Assembly: GCF_000143415.4 (NCBI RefSeq)
Contig: NW_003314264.1
Span: 1,683,710-1,747,709, forward strand
Direction: 5' to 3'
Length of the DNA: 64,000 bases
Origin: Selaginella moellendorffii
Lineage: Eukaryota; Plantae; Lycopodiophyta
The position numbers and the translations under genes are program-made. Below, one piece after another: positions 9,900 to 23,477 of this stretch. Within the stretch, counting starts at the first letter, position 1. Each line of letters starts with the position of its first letter. The notes beneath the pieces are model-generated. The model made no database searches and had not been told where the DNA came from. It was given only the letters and a program-made list of their open reading frames with translations.

Positions 9900-11750
9900 T
9901 TTCCTGGAATCTGATCTCATGAGTCATTTGTTTGCTGCGCTCCTCCAGGTCTTCTGCCACCACGGCTTCTGTCACCACCCTCGGCTTCACCGACCTGCCT
10001 GTAGAAATACATTGGCTTTGTGCTTGCCACTGATGTGATGCACTCCTCTACTCCAGTTTCATAGGAGTTGTCGACCAATGGTGTCTTCTAGGGATTTATA
10101 TTTCTCTATGTGCTCAATCCATACCCCTTTATAGTAGAGTTTGCTCATTGTGTCTAGGCCAAAAACCATTGCCTTTGTCTTACTCATGTTGACAACAAGG
10201 CCCATGGAGTTGCAGAATTGTGCCAAGGCATCTAGTTGGCATTGAATTTCCAGCCACAAGGTGGCCAATAGAAGGAGGTTGTCTGCATATATGAGCAGCT
10301 GCAAAATCATCCCAGCAAGCAAGATTGAGGAGGGGGTATGCAGCATTTTCAGCCCATCAATGAATAGGCCAAAAAGAGTGGGTGACAAGGTGCAACTTTG
10401 TCAGACACCTGTGTCACAGTCAATCTGAGTATGCTGTAGAATGTCCACTTTCACGTTTTCATAAAGCCTCTGAATGAGCTCCAGTGGGACGTTTTGCTCA
10501 TGAAGTCATGCAAACAGTCTCCTTCTTGATACCTTGTCAAAGGCTTTCACTATGTCAACATCGCATGCATAAACTGTGGTTCATGGATGTGCATGCAGCT
10601 TGTCAGGGATACCCACAGCGTCACCAAGTGGTCAATGCAGCTATAATGTGGTTGGAACCTGGCCTGCCCTCTTGCTCTGCATCCTTTGTCTTCCATCCAG
10701 CTCACGAGACGCTGCTCCACCACTTTGGCCAGAAGCTTCACAAAGATCGTTGAGATCATTATAGTACGATAGTTGGAGGTTAGTGCTGAATCTCCTGCCT
10801 TGTAAATTGGTACAACTCTGTTGATGTTCCAGGTTTGTGGAAAACCATGCTGGATGATTTCGTGGAAAAGTTGGCAAAGGATGGGGGCCAACCAAGTGGG
10901 GTCAAGAGCTTGCAATAACTCGGCTGTGAATCCATAGACATCAGCAGCCTTCTTGCGTGGGAGAGACTGAATCGCTGCCTTCATCTGTTCAGTGGTAATT
11001 TGGAGCGTCGCTTCTCACTGGAAATGTTCAAACTCCAAGCTTCCTACCTCATACAGTTGGCGAATATGTTGAACTGATCACTGCTTACGGAAAATACGAT
11101 AAGCTTTGGAAGGTTTATGCCTCACTTCCCAGGCCTGTTATGCATTAAAATATTTAGCGTGAAAGCGAGCTCGTGCCCTGGCCGAAATCTCGACATAGAG
11201 ATTGTGCTGTCGGGTGTCCCCTTCGTCTGGCTTGCTTGTATGCCCTGTGAAGCCGATGGCACTCCTCGTTCCAGGTTTGCCTGGTAAGCCGTGCTACTGA
11301 CGTGGTTTGCAGTGCCGCAATGGTTCTGTGGCTTCCAGGAAATCCGCCCGGAAACCTATCTGGATGCCATGCTGTCCTTGTCTCTAGAGTTCTTCCACCG
11401 TGTGCTGCAGAGCAAGTGCATCAATGGGGCACAGTCGATAGATCACTGGTGCCTGTCTTGACCATCCGATTTTGAACTTTTCCCTTGGCATGACACTGGA
11501 TTTCAAAAGCCCTCTTTTGTGCGGGAATATTTTTCCAGATTGTATTGGCTCAGCCTTCAATGCCAAGGGATCTGTGCCCCTTTCAACTTGATGCGCCTGG
11601 ATATGCAATGCCCAAATTGTCGAGGAGGGCCGCCAGCACGAGGAGTTCCCCTTTATGGATCTGCTGTCAAGTGATTAGGAGTATGATGTCTAATGGCAGC
11701 CTATCACGAGGTGGTAACAAAGAGAAGAAACATCTCTTTTTACTTTTGTA
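9900..11750 (-). mobile_element. Degenerate non-LTR retrotransposon (LINE): RT and AP-endonuclease remnants
   Basis: RT blocks KAADVYGFTAELL, NRVVPIYKAGD..SNYRTIMIS, QARFQPHYSCIDHL, LSPTLFGLFID, LLIYADNLLLL and GLVVNMSKTKAM are broken by stops and frameshifts. Endonuclease-like remnants lie near 11430-11600. Confidence 0.85.
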
Positions 11751-13049
11751 GTTCATACATTCAATCTGTGGTGTCCATACCCAAGCTTTCTCAACTTGGA
11801 GAAAGTGTCAGGATTGATTATAACTTGGTTCTTTTGAAATTGCCTTTAGTAGGACGATGTCGTTTTTTAGTGACGAAGACAACTTTTTTGCAGGTTCAAA
11901 TCCCAACGTTGTTGTAAACTTATGGAGAGAACCATCCTGGGTGTCACTGCCACAGCCTACGAGCGGAGCGTGCCATGGCAGTCAGGGAGCTTTGTCCCAG
12001 GGCTGTAATCTGCGAGCGGCTCACAGCCATGAGCCATGGCTGAGAAAGCGCTATGAACACAAAGCAAACTCTTGATAAAGGTCCTGCTGTTCGTGTTAGT
12101 TGGGGCCGGTCAGCACTCCAATTGCACTCAGTCAATTCAGTCTATTCTCCACTATGCCAACCAAGGGTCCTTGGGGTGTAGATCTACATGTAATTCTCAT
12201 AGTTGAACGTTGGGACATTTGCGAGACAATGTGGGACAAGTTTGAAGTAATTAATAAGCATTTTATCTCAGCAAAATTTAGGGTGTACAAAGCTTTATTG
12301 TAGTGCATTTGAATTTAAAGCTAAACTTTAATCCCATTGTATTATAAAATAAAAGTTTAATATGCACTTAATATCCTCCAACTCCCTAAATCCATATTTT
12401 ATATGCAAAATAGTGTTAAATAGTGTTTAGCATAACTTTGGCATACTGGTGGTCTGATACAAAGAGAAGGGTACCCCACTAACTAGAGTAACATAGAGTT
12501 TGGGTTTAGAAGTAAGTTGAATGCAAAATAAAGAGCAACACAGCTTAATAGGAGCTAAATTAATATATTAGATGGTCAACCATACAATTCAACCACCATC
12601 CCTACTATATATTTGAAACGAATATATACTTTAGGCTGAACACTCTTTACATTCTATAGATATACTTTTTGAGCAGATTTAGATTTAGAATGGACTAATA
12701 TATATGGAACATAATAGCGAATGTGTTTGGTGGACATGGTAAGCTATTATGTAGCGATATTAAAGGACTATGCTCAATATTATAGGGGTTCTTTAATACT
12801 AGTAAATACAAGTTTACAATTGAGTTTTTCTAACCAAATCAAGTATGCTTAATTAATTTTGATACCCATCTAATCAAATGCACATGCAATGACTAGTTTC
12901 TTAACTATCTTGGGTGGAGACCATAAAAAAAATTAAGAATACCAACCTCCTATCATCATGGTAATAAAGAGAGAGTGTTCATAAAGACTGGCTAACAAAT
13001 ATCTTTCAATATCTGAAGTTATATTGGTTTTGGAGACAGACTTACTCCT

Positions 13050-13560
13050 AATAGAGATTCTTGCTTAGAGATGTATCATATATGTGCAAAGTGCATACTT
13101 TCTCTACAGGTAGAAACTTGTAGATATAGCTATTGCTGAATCACAATATATGGCCCAAGCTCTTGGAAAAGGGTGGCACACTCTCAAAGTATGGACAGCC
13201 ACCCTCAGCCATGACCTCTTCATATTAATGATGGAATTAATTAAACAATTGGAGTTTTGGACCTAGCAATGTCTCCAACATTGGTGTGATGCTCAAATGA
13301 AGGATAGTGCCCTTTTTGGAATTTATATAAACACCATTGACCCAAGGTGCCATTTCAGTTTCACAATCTATAATAACCTCACTCTCAAAGTCGCCCTGCA
13401 ATTAGAGAATCCTAAAATAGGGTGTCACAGATTGATAATGGAACTCAGATGTCATTTGAAATTGCTACTCTCATATGATATATGCCTCTACCCCATATGT
13501 TACAAAGAAGTTGAAGAAGTGGAGCATGTGGTCAACCATCTCAAGGCTAGTCAATTGACT
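13050..13560 (+). mobile_element. Highly eroded LINE 3' end (C-terminal Cys/His motif)
   Basis: IGCHRLIMELRCHLK...ICLYPICYKEVEEVEHVV resembles the H-x-L-x-x-E...C-x-x-C...E-x-x-x-H C-terminus of LINE ORF2. Confidence 0.45.
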
Positions 13561-15476
13561 GACCATATAAATAGTCCTTAATACTACCATTTGACAGGTG
13601 GTAATATGGCTCAAGATAATCAACCAGCTTCCTGAAAGAAGACTCTGCTGAGCCTCCGAGAGTTAGCAGATAAATCTGCAAAGGACGAGCAACATAAATT
13701 CAGCAAGTAGTTGTCAAAAAAGACCGAAGTTCTTACAATTGATTTGGCTGTGGTCTTTGATAACGACACGTTTATTCCGGGAGGAAAACTATGGATGGAC
13801 CAGTTAATTGGGGGATGTGCACTAGACCGTCCAACAAGTACCTGAAACCTTTGGCTATTAGAAAACGAACAAAAGAACTTGCAACTCAATTAAGATGGTT
13901 GTTTTTATTGATTGTTATAAATTAATAATAGTTCTTGCAATCTCACTTCAGATTAAATTTTAAAGGACTTCTTTTAATGTTATTTTGGATCTATAAAAGT
14001 GTTGGCTATATACAATCAGCTGTGCGCAAGGTGCTCAAAATGAATGTGGAGCTTAAGCTACATTGGATGTAGCTCTTTGGCCCAGTTCTAGTAAAACAGG
14101 GGAAACCATTTTTGTTTCTCTTTTGCTAGCTGGATGAGAAATTTGTGGTAGCAAATCAACCCTTTGTAGATCCATGGCCCCTCTAACAACGGTCAACTTG
14201 CACCCAGCGTGGGTTTACGATGGCCATGGCCAGGTCACTAGTAGTAAAACTAGGCCTATATGGATGGATGGTTTTCACATGATTTTGCATTTCTTATTTG
14301 CATAGGAAGAATTGGTTTTGACTGTTATATAATTACTATTTATTTGTCATCAACTGATAAATTATATTTAAAAATAATTTGCTACAGATTGCATGTAGCA
14401 ATGCTTGGTTTGCTTAATAGTAGTGTTATTTTTACTTTTAATCCAACAGATCAAATAAAAGTTTATATTTATAAACACAAGATTAATCTTATTGCATATC
14501 AACTATTAGTAAAATAAAAAAGAATATACCAAAAAGTGTTTAAGAAAGTTTATAAATTACAAAATTAATATAAATAAATAACAACCATTAGATGATAGAA
14601 TATCCTAAAATATCCAAGCATATTCTAAATATATCCACTACCATCACAAACAAACCAAAAAACTTTATTTAACTCTGAAAAAGAGCACTATATAGCTATA
14701 TAGTTTTAGCCTAATATTGTATTAAGAAACTGTATTAATGTAATTTTTCTAGACATAAAATACATGAGTAGGAATTTAAAATAATAACTATCGAAAATGA
14801 TAATGATATAAACTCTAACTATTGAAAACTGATAATGATATAAACTCTGAACTGTTTTTATGTTATCACACTATAATTTGGAGAAGAGCATGCAGAGTTC
14901 TACCTTACCGATGGAAGAGTGGCAGTAATTAAGTCCTCGGCTGTCTCTATCAGTGTGAGGTGCAATGAGCAAGGGAGGGTCACTTGGAGAAGTCTAGAGG
15001 CCGGGGAAGACGGACTGAGCAGGTCTACGTATCTGCCTGGCAATGAAGGGTCCTACACGTAAGTAGCCTTTCGGGGGTTCTGGTGCTTGGCTGTGCTGAT
15101 GTCTGTGATCGTTTTGCTGAAATCTGGGTCTCTTTAGGAGTTTGCCTGTTTCTATGGATGGTTTGTGAACAGGCGCTGCATCAGAGACATCCCCAGAATC
15201 GAGGGCAGGTGGACAAGGCTGCGGCACACTGTGCTATGAGTCCTTAGCACTGGATCTTCTTCTCACCTGATATATTCTCTTCCACTTGCAGTGATAGATC
15301 ACTTGCGGCTTTTTCTTGTCAATTGCAGCTGAATGTTCCAAGAGTTCTTGATCATTTTCAACCCAATGCGACTGTGTCATATACAAGTTTTTAGCAATTT
15401 ACTAAAGACTCCATAGACCAATTTTAGACTCTGTGGGAGAAAGTCGGCGAGGCGAAACTCGGAGTACTGAAGGGAA

Positions 15477-16974
15477 ATGGCCACCGAGCTCGTCACGGCC
15501 GCGGTGACAACCGATTTCAAGCAGGAAGAAACAAGGAAGAAAGCGAGAAAAATTCAAGGACTGTCAACCTGACGACGTTAACTCTTCCATATCGATACCA
15601 AAATCTCGACGGAACGCTTATTTCTCGCGCAAGCTGGGCTCCCGATGCTCAAAAAAGAGGTCAAGGCGTCTGGGCAGCACATGCTGGTTACGGGTACTCT
15701 GGCAAGACGATTTTTTGCTTCTGATGGATCCGGTTGGGCTATATGGTTCCACGCATGGCCCAGGTTCAAGTTATTACTTCAGGGCAAATGAGCTACTGCT
15801 GGGAAAGATCGGGGACTTCGACCATCGAATTACAGAACAGACTGTTTTTCTGGTAAACGGTCCGAAAGCAACACCGCGAATGATTCAGAATAATGCGCAC
15901 GTTATTTTCTTCATGTCCGAAAACTATTTGACTAAGTCTATGGCCTGGACACATTCTACATGCGACTTGTATGAATTGTTGCTCGCTGCGCCACTGGCCG
16001 GGCACGGGGATTGCAGCGTAGGGAGAATTACAACAAGTTTGGGGTTCGGTGCGCCTGTCTTGGTCCACCACAGGAAAACGAACTACAACAGCAGGTTTGA
16101 TTGAGCCTTACAGACTGCGAAAAAGAAAGCGCGGATCGAGTACATGATTATCAGGGGAATGTTTCATTCTCCATTTGAAGGTGGTCAGTAGAGATTTGAA
16201 GGAAACCATGGCGGTGTTTGCATCTCAGTACGTGGAGGAGCAACTTTCGTGGCTGGAAGAGGAGGATACTACACTAGCGATAGAGTATATCAGACAGAAT
16301 CAGGGCATCAGCGACGAAACGGTTCTCATGGGCAAGAGGTTTGAGCATCAGCTATTTCGCTCGGACGATGTTCCAAACCGCGTCTCCAAGCACGACGCTT
16401 GCACCAGCCAATTTCAACCGAAACATGTGAGATGCTTCGACGTCTTTTGAGATGCATGAATCTGCCTGAAAGCGGGAGAAAAGCTGCGCTTATCCAGACG
16501 CTGAGAGATGGTAATTTCAAGGGAGTCTATGACATGGAAGAAGGGCTAGTGATCGAGGACGAACAGGAGAAGATGGAAGACGACGCCAAAGGAGAAGTGG
16601 AAGTGGCTGAGGAGGTCCAGATTATTTTCCCTCTTGGCTTTGTTCTTGAATTGTAGTTATTATCTTTTCATAAATATTAAATGTTTACTTTTAAAACAAA
16701 ATTCTTGCAGGTTTAGTCGTTCAAGGCATGCGTGTTTGGCTGCTAAAAAGGCTGTCTGGAATTTACGCATCCAGTTTAACTACCAGGGGAGGTTTCAGAT
16801 CCTCAAAAAAGTCTAGGGGTTATTTCAAACCTGGCCCATGCGCAGGTTACTGTCAACGATCGCCACCACGCCCAAGCCAAGTATATCGACGAGGTTATCA
16901 AGAGGTACAACCTTAAGCGGTTTTACTTTGTTGTATCGCAGGAAATGTTCAACTGGTACCCGTACCAGCTTTGA
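15477..16974 (+). pseudogene. Disrupted Crinkler/RHS-type gene: P-loop NTPase + SAP domain + restriction-endonuclease-fold domain
   Basis: Walker A MLVTGT../.GKTIF is split by a frameshift (15681-15715). Other motifs: Walker-B-like TVFLVNG, VIFFMSEN, VFASQYVEEQL, LMGKRFEH; SAP motif TCEMLRRLLRCMNLPESGRKAALIQTL (~16423-16503); after an intron ending at 16710, QVTVNDRH...RFYFVVSQEMFNWYPYQ (16843-16968). Multiple stops and frameshifts. Confidence 0.65.
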
Positions 16975-17984
16975 AGGAGGTTTTGGGTCTTTGGAGTGTG
17001 GCTAGAGCTTTTTAGGCAACTAGATTGAATGAATTGTTGTTAGAACAATTCTTGTCCAAGATTTTAAATATTTACTATAATAGGGAGGTTTATCAGAACA
17101 TAAAATATTGTTTGAAGAAAAAGTAAAATTTTCATATCTTTATTTTATGTACAACCAATAAAAATGGTATATGATTGATAAAGGAAAATAAAGAGTTTTA
17201 TTTATTTAAAATTAACTTGAATAACTTTAACTTTCATATGAAATCTATGCTTAATTTATGGTTCAATTCTAAATTTCTAGGAGCTTATGATGAAAATTAT
17301 TGACTTATTTACTTTTATTATACTTGTTTATAAAATATTTTGTTTTATTCCTAAATCACATGTTTTATGGGATGAGGTAGCCGTGGTCTCAGACTCCATG
17401 TTATTTTGTCAAATAAATTCTCTTATATAATAAATAAAAAACACAAATTTACTAATATAATTATGAAAATACTAAATATTTTGATAATTTAAGAGGTAAT
17501 ATTTTTACAAAAATTAAATGTGTACCAGATACTCAATATTTTACAGAAAAAGATAGAAATAATGTAATCATACTATCAATTTTCAAGGGTTATTTAGATT
17601 AACAAATAAGTATATAAATGATATAGTTTGAGTAATTAATTTTTAATTATTACTTATAGTTTAAAAATTAATTAATTTTTATAAATATTTACTAAGTTTA
17701 ACAAGCTTAAATGCTGGATTTGAAATCTCTTTCAAGGAGAATGAAGTATATTATTTTCTCTTCAAAGAGAATAAAATATGAAATTTTCTTAAAATTTCTT
17801 CTAAAAATATACTTTTTACAGAAGAAATTTAAAGATATTCAAATGAAAAAAAGTATATATTAGTAAAATTAAATTATAAAGTTTCACTTTATTCCAAATA
17901 AAATATTTTATGGAGATCAAATAACAAACAAACTTATCTATGAAACACAAATCTTTGAGCACTAAAATGGAGCTGAAAAAGTGC

Positions 17985-20900
17985 CCTATAGTAGTGGTCA
18001 AAGTGAAAGTCTAATAAACATAATATGTTTGGACTAAAGGTTTTGATTTGAAAAGTCGAGAGTGGGAGTGGAACTCCAAACAAAGTGCTTGAGAAATGAG
18101 CACAAAACACTCTAAAAAGGGACACAAAAAGGATTAATATATAACAAATGTCATGACACATGGAAGTGTCAGGAATGAGTCTGAAAAGGAGTCTAAGATG
18201 GAGTTTAATATAGAACTAAGATGGAGTTCGAGATGGAGTTCAAGATAGAGTCTAAAATAGACCCAAGATAGAGTCTAAGATGGAGTCCGCGATGGAGTTC
18301 GAGATGAACCCAAGATAGAGTTCAAAATGGACCCAAGATGGAGTTTGAGAGGCACTCAAGATGGAGTTCGATATGGATCCGAGATGGACCCGAGATGGAC
18401 CCGAGATGGAGTCTGAGATAGACCCGAGATAGAGTCCGAGGTGGACTTGAGATAGAGTCTAAGATGGCAAGGTCGAGTCCAAAATGGACTTAAGATAGAG
18501 TTCGAGGTTGAGGCCAAGAAAGAGACTGAGACCGAGACTAGTATATCTTTTTAGCATTTTTTGCTATGGGCTCTATCCACGGCCCAACTTTGTGACCCTC
18601 TCATAGGTCTTTCCTAAAGACTACTTTTTTAAATTCACTATACCATCGCATTGACACCATTAATTTCCTTTTAGGTGTCCTTCCCACTTGGTCACTTTGA
18701 CCAAGTGACACCATTACCAATAGTTCAAATCAACACTTTAAACTAGAAACTTTATTCCTTAATCTCATAAAGACCTTATTCTTGCTTGGCTGTAAAATCA
18801 CTTAGTGATCTAACTTTAATAGGTTTGCCAATAGGTATTACGCCTTCCAAACCTTTAAGTTGTTGACCATGACCCTGAGGGCATCCCCCACACTTAGCGG
18901 TGTGCCCAAATCAACCCTTTTGGCCAAGGGTCCATCATAACTGATATTGGGTGTCCCCATTTCATTCACCACATCCTTTGTGCCACTTACACCAAAGTGT
19001 TCAAGTTAGATATATCAAACTTTCCTATTAAGCAATTTAACCGTGCATTATGACTCTGGGGCATTCCCCACTTGGCAATATGCCTAAGCTAATCTCCTTA
19101 CTAAGAGTCTATGATCACCGAAAAATGAATGTCTTTATATTCCAAACCATCACCACGTCTTAGTGAATTGGGACTTAAACCCAACTTTTGAGTGACCTCT
19201 CAGGAAGTCTAAACTCAGGATCTTATAAGTTAATATCAGAGGTATTCCTTAGTCTAACTTTTATTGGTGATCAATTATATCACCACTTGTGTTGGCATCG
19301 GAAGGTCCTAGAAGTGGGTTTATCCTTGAGGAGTAGTAGGTTGGGAGGAAATGGCTTTTCACTATAATTTATGTGTGAACTTATAAGCAATGTGGTGGAT
19401 AAAAAGGGATCAATAAGAGAACAACTTTGAGATCTTGGGAATCGTATAAGGTTTTCTTTAGAAAGTTGAGGATATAATTCAAATGAGAGTTTCACTTAAC
19501 AAATTAGCTAATGTAATTATGATAAACAACTATAGTTGGGATCATGGGAACGATAGAAACTCTAAAAAAATAAAGGAGTCATAAGATTATGCTCATATAG
19601 TTGAGGTTAGTGCTCATGAATTTGAAACTAGAATTAATGACTGTGGGAGATCAAATATGGATGTCTTACTCACAAGGACCATTTTTATAAGTGTTACTTT
19701 AATACTTGATTATTGTTTATTCTATATGGTGTGAGACACAAATCCCTAAGTTCCAAAGTGGAGCTGAAAGGGTGCCATATGGTAATGGCCAAAGTAGAAG
19801 CCAAACAAGTATAACATGTTAGTAAGTGAGTATCTAGAAAAGGGACACAGAGGACCAATATATGACATGTGGAAGTGTCGAGATGGACCCGAGATGGAGT
19901 TTGAGATGGAGTCTAAGATTGACCCGAGATGAAGTCTAAGATGGAGTCTAAGATTGACCCGAGATGGAGTCTAAAATTGATCTGAGATAGACCTAAGATG
20001 GAGTCTAAGATGGAGTTCGAGATGGACCCGAGATGGAGTCCGAGATGAAACCAAGACTGAGACTGAGACTGAGTCTGAGTTCAAATACTAATACAGACTG
20101 TTGGGTGAAAGCCCAAAGTGACCGTCCTCTGGGGGGGGGGCCTACAGGGGGTTCCAAAAGTATAATAGGGAGAGTGTGGGGGTTGACCAAGAAAAGCCAG
20201 TGTGACCCAAGAAGACTATGCCCACGTGTTGAGTGATGATATATCTATTAAGGAGTCCAAGACTAGAGTGAATACGGACTGACAAGTAGGGTAATTTGGT
20301 GAAGTGTTCAAAAGTTGGCTCTAGGTCCCCTGGGAGATCAAATGGTCGATGCTCCAATTCCAAGTGTGGGTGGCACTATCTACTTGGATACCTGGTGTGG
20401 CTTAATGAAACCTCGCTCTAGCCCCATGGCTAGAGCACCCAAAGGCAGAAGGTGGGGAGAGTACCTATGAGGTTCGTGTAGGGCCACAGTGTTCTAAAAT
20501 GTTATCCCAAAGTCTTGAACTGTATAAAAGAAAAGGAGCAATCCTTTAGTGTAGTGACCAAGGATGAAGATACCCACTATTTTCATACTTGGATTTTATG
20601 ATCTTCCCCATCCTTCGTGGGGCACAACACACCTTAGTCCAAATGTTTTTACAAATCCCTTAGGACAATTCCTTGACTTTACTTGAGTCATCTAGTTTTT
20701 TGGACTTTGCTAATTCGATAACTCGTAAAGTCTTACTTTTGAGGTGAAAACTCTCTAGAATACTACTTTTGTATTCATGTCTTATTCATAAGGACCATCT
20801 TTACAAGTGTTACTCCAACACTTGATTATTTTCTGTTCCCTATGGGCTACATTTTGCCCTTTAGGACTATCCGTCCATATAATGAAAATACCAACTCATC

Positions 20901-22132
20901 CTCTGAGCACACCCCCAACTCCTTGGGTTTGTTCCATCATTTATAAAAGGTAGCCCCAGCTACCATTTCAAGGACTTATGTCCTCATTTATATTTGATCT
21001 CTCATGATCATTAATCCTGATCTCAAATTCATGAGCGTCAACTTCAACTATATTAGGATAATCTTGTGACTCTTTTATTGTTTTAGTGTCTCTATCTTTC
21101 TCGTGATCCCAACTATAGTTATTTACCATAACTACATTAGTCAGTTTACTAAGTCAAACACTCATTTGGATCACATCCTCAACTCTTTGAGGAAAACTTT
21201 ATACTATTCCCAAGATCCTAAAGTCGTTCCTCATCGACTAATTTTCTATCCACCACATTTCCAACAGGTTCACTTACGAACTAAGGTGGAGAGCCATGCC
21301 CTTTCAACATGCTACTTCTTGAGAATAGGCCCACTCTTGGGACCTTCCAATGCCAAAACAAATGATGATATATTTGACCACCAATAAAAGTTAGCCTAAG
21401 GAATAACTTCAATACCAAATTGTAAGCAACTACATTTTTCATTTTACTTTAGTAACTTAACTACACCTCTGACCACTTGGAGGCTTCTCACTCATAACCT
21501 CCACGAGTCTTATTTTGGACTTGGGGCTTGCTAACTTTGAGAATAGCATCCATGCCACTCAACCTTTGCACTTGGTCCAAGTGCTCTATGTGTCTGATCC
21601 CATGACGGACACCCCAAAGGTACCATCAATATATCAATTTATTACACTAAGGTCATGCCCATTCACCTTTGTCACACCAATGATCTAACACCAATTACAT
21701 CAAAGTCCTGTCTCTTAAAGACTGGGCCCTTTGTCCATGAGTAATCATGCCAGATCCATTCCTTAGCATCCTTAGGATGTCTACAGACATGAGGAATAGC
21801 CTTCCCCAATATTCTTTTTTCAGCCCTCACCAAATCCCTTTCTATCCATAATTGTGTTTGCCAACATTGCCACTGGATCAAAGCCCACAGGCCCGACCAC
21901 TAAGTCCCACTGTCCTCTAGGACTTCCTCACCATGTAACCAGGTAGAATGTGCCATATTAAAGTCATAAGAAAAATGTTCCCAGAAGAAAGTAACTTTGG
22001 CACAAAGCTATGTGTAAACACTATGGTGTAGTGCTAATGAATAGTTGGCATGAGAAATAATTATATTAGTTGTAGCAAAGACCTAGACACAAGTAGGAAG
22101 TGTCATAAATGTAAGCTCGTGGAGCTGATAGT
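17985..22132. mobile_element. Fragmented older copies of LTR family A in both orientations
   Basis: Degenerate GAGATGGAGTCC satellite blocks (18180-18540, 19880-20080), LTR termini gtgagacaca (~19731) and tgtaagcaac (21421) next to a decayed minus-strand PBS, and internal segments homologous to 50340-54449. Confidence 0.8.
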
Positions 22133-23269
22133 TGTAAGTTCCTAATTTTAGACTTCCCGGGAGATCACCTAACCCAGTACTATTCAAACCCAAGTATCTC
22201 AAGACCCTTAACCGATTAAAAAAGGGGGTGCACTTGTCGCGAATGTGACTTCGGGTATCGAAAGTTACCTGTCGGCCAGTCCTTACGGACACTCTTACCT
22301 TACTGCCACGACGGCAGGAGGTCGGTATTGCTGGACCCGTTATTAGTCTCCGCCTAAGCTAGTTGAGAAACTGGTCCTCGCGTGTGCACTTGACCAGATG
22401 GGCATAAGGATGGAATTCCTAAGTGCTATTAGTCAAACATACTTGACCTGGTTAGAGAAACTCATTCGTTGACTTGCACTTGCTAGTGTTGGGAACCCCG
22501 CGATATTGAGCTTGGTCCCTCAATATCGCTAAATGATAGCTTACCGTGTCTGCCAAACACCCTCGCTATCATGCCCTTTGTGTTAGTCTCATTTTGGTCC
22601 CAAATGCTATTTATGGAAAGTGTCTAGATTTGCTCATTTGGCATATCTACGGAATGTAGAGATCGTCCTGAACACAATGGTGTTCGTCCCATGTCCAAAT
22701 TCGCAATCTAGGGACATTCCATATTTAGTAAGTTTCGAGCTTGTCCCAGAGACTAACTCCTGATACTAAGGGAGGCTTGGGGTGAAAGCCCAAAGCGTGT
22801 GTTCCTCAAGGGGGGGGAATGATATGGGGGGTTCCAAATGTATAGTAGGGATAGTGGGTAGGTCGGGCATGGCCGACCAACCTGAGGCATAGTCTAGCTC
22901 CCGCTTGCGTGCCTGTCCTTGTTCTGCATCCGGCTTGGGTCTAAGCCCAAGTTCCATTCCATGCTAGCTGGTGGAGTACCCATATCCTCACGTTAGGCCG
23001 AGTACCCATATCCTCACGTTAGGCCACCGGTATGCCGAAATAGCGCCAGACTCCGTTTGGCTCCGTTTTGCGTGCTGGTCTTGGCATTGGGATGCTAGTT
23101 GCTTCAGGACTGTTCCAAGTTGCTCCGGGCCCCTGTCCCTTCGCTCCTTGGGCTGTATGCTCGGGAGTTGCACCGTGGTTCGGTTCCATCACTCCTTGGC
23201 TCCATGCCTGGGAGTTTGGCACCGTTAGTTCGTTCAGTGGCCCAAGGCCCTGAACCTCGGGTTCCTATG

Positions 23270-23320
23270 GACACGTGGCATGGACACGTGGCATGTGACA
23301 CGTGGCATCTGTCACGTGGC
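23270..23320 (+). promoter_or_regulatory. Cluster of four G-box/ABRE motifs (CACGTGGC) in the family B LTR
   Basis: gacacgtggcatggacacgtggcatgtgacacgtggcatctgtcacgtggc; four copies in LTR1 and LTR2, two in LTR3. Confidence 0.55.
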
Positions 23321-23477
23321 ACAAAGAGGGTTTAGGTTCCGCTTCGTGGTGTTATCCTATGGTAAATCACCATAGGATAAAGGGTCAAAACCACGTGCGC
23401 TACATTTGGTATCAGAGAATGAGTCTCAGTGAGTACTATTCAATGAGATTGGGCAACTAGTCTTGTTGCATACGTAG

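Noticed and set aside
14793-14852. ~30-bp tandem duplication (gataatgatataaactct)
   Set aside because: Two copies in AT-rich intergenic DNA with no evidence of function.
13620-15360. Exon-like GC-richer patches at 13620-13850 and 14900-15360
   Set aside because: They contain stops in plausible frames and no recognisable domain; I cannot support a gene model.
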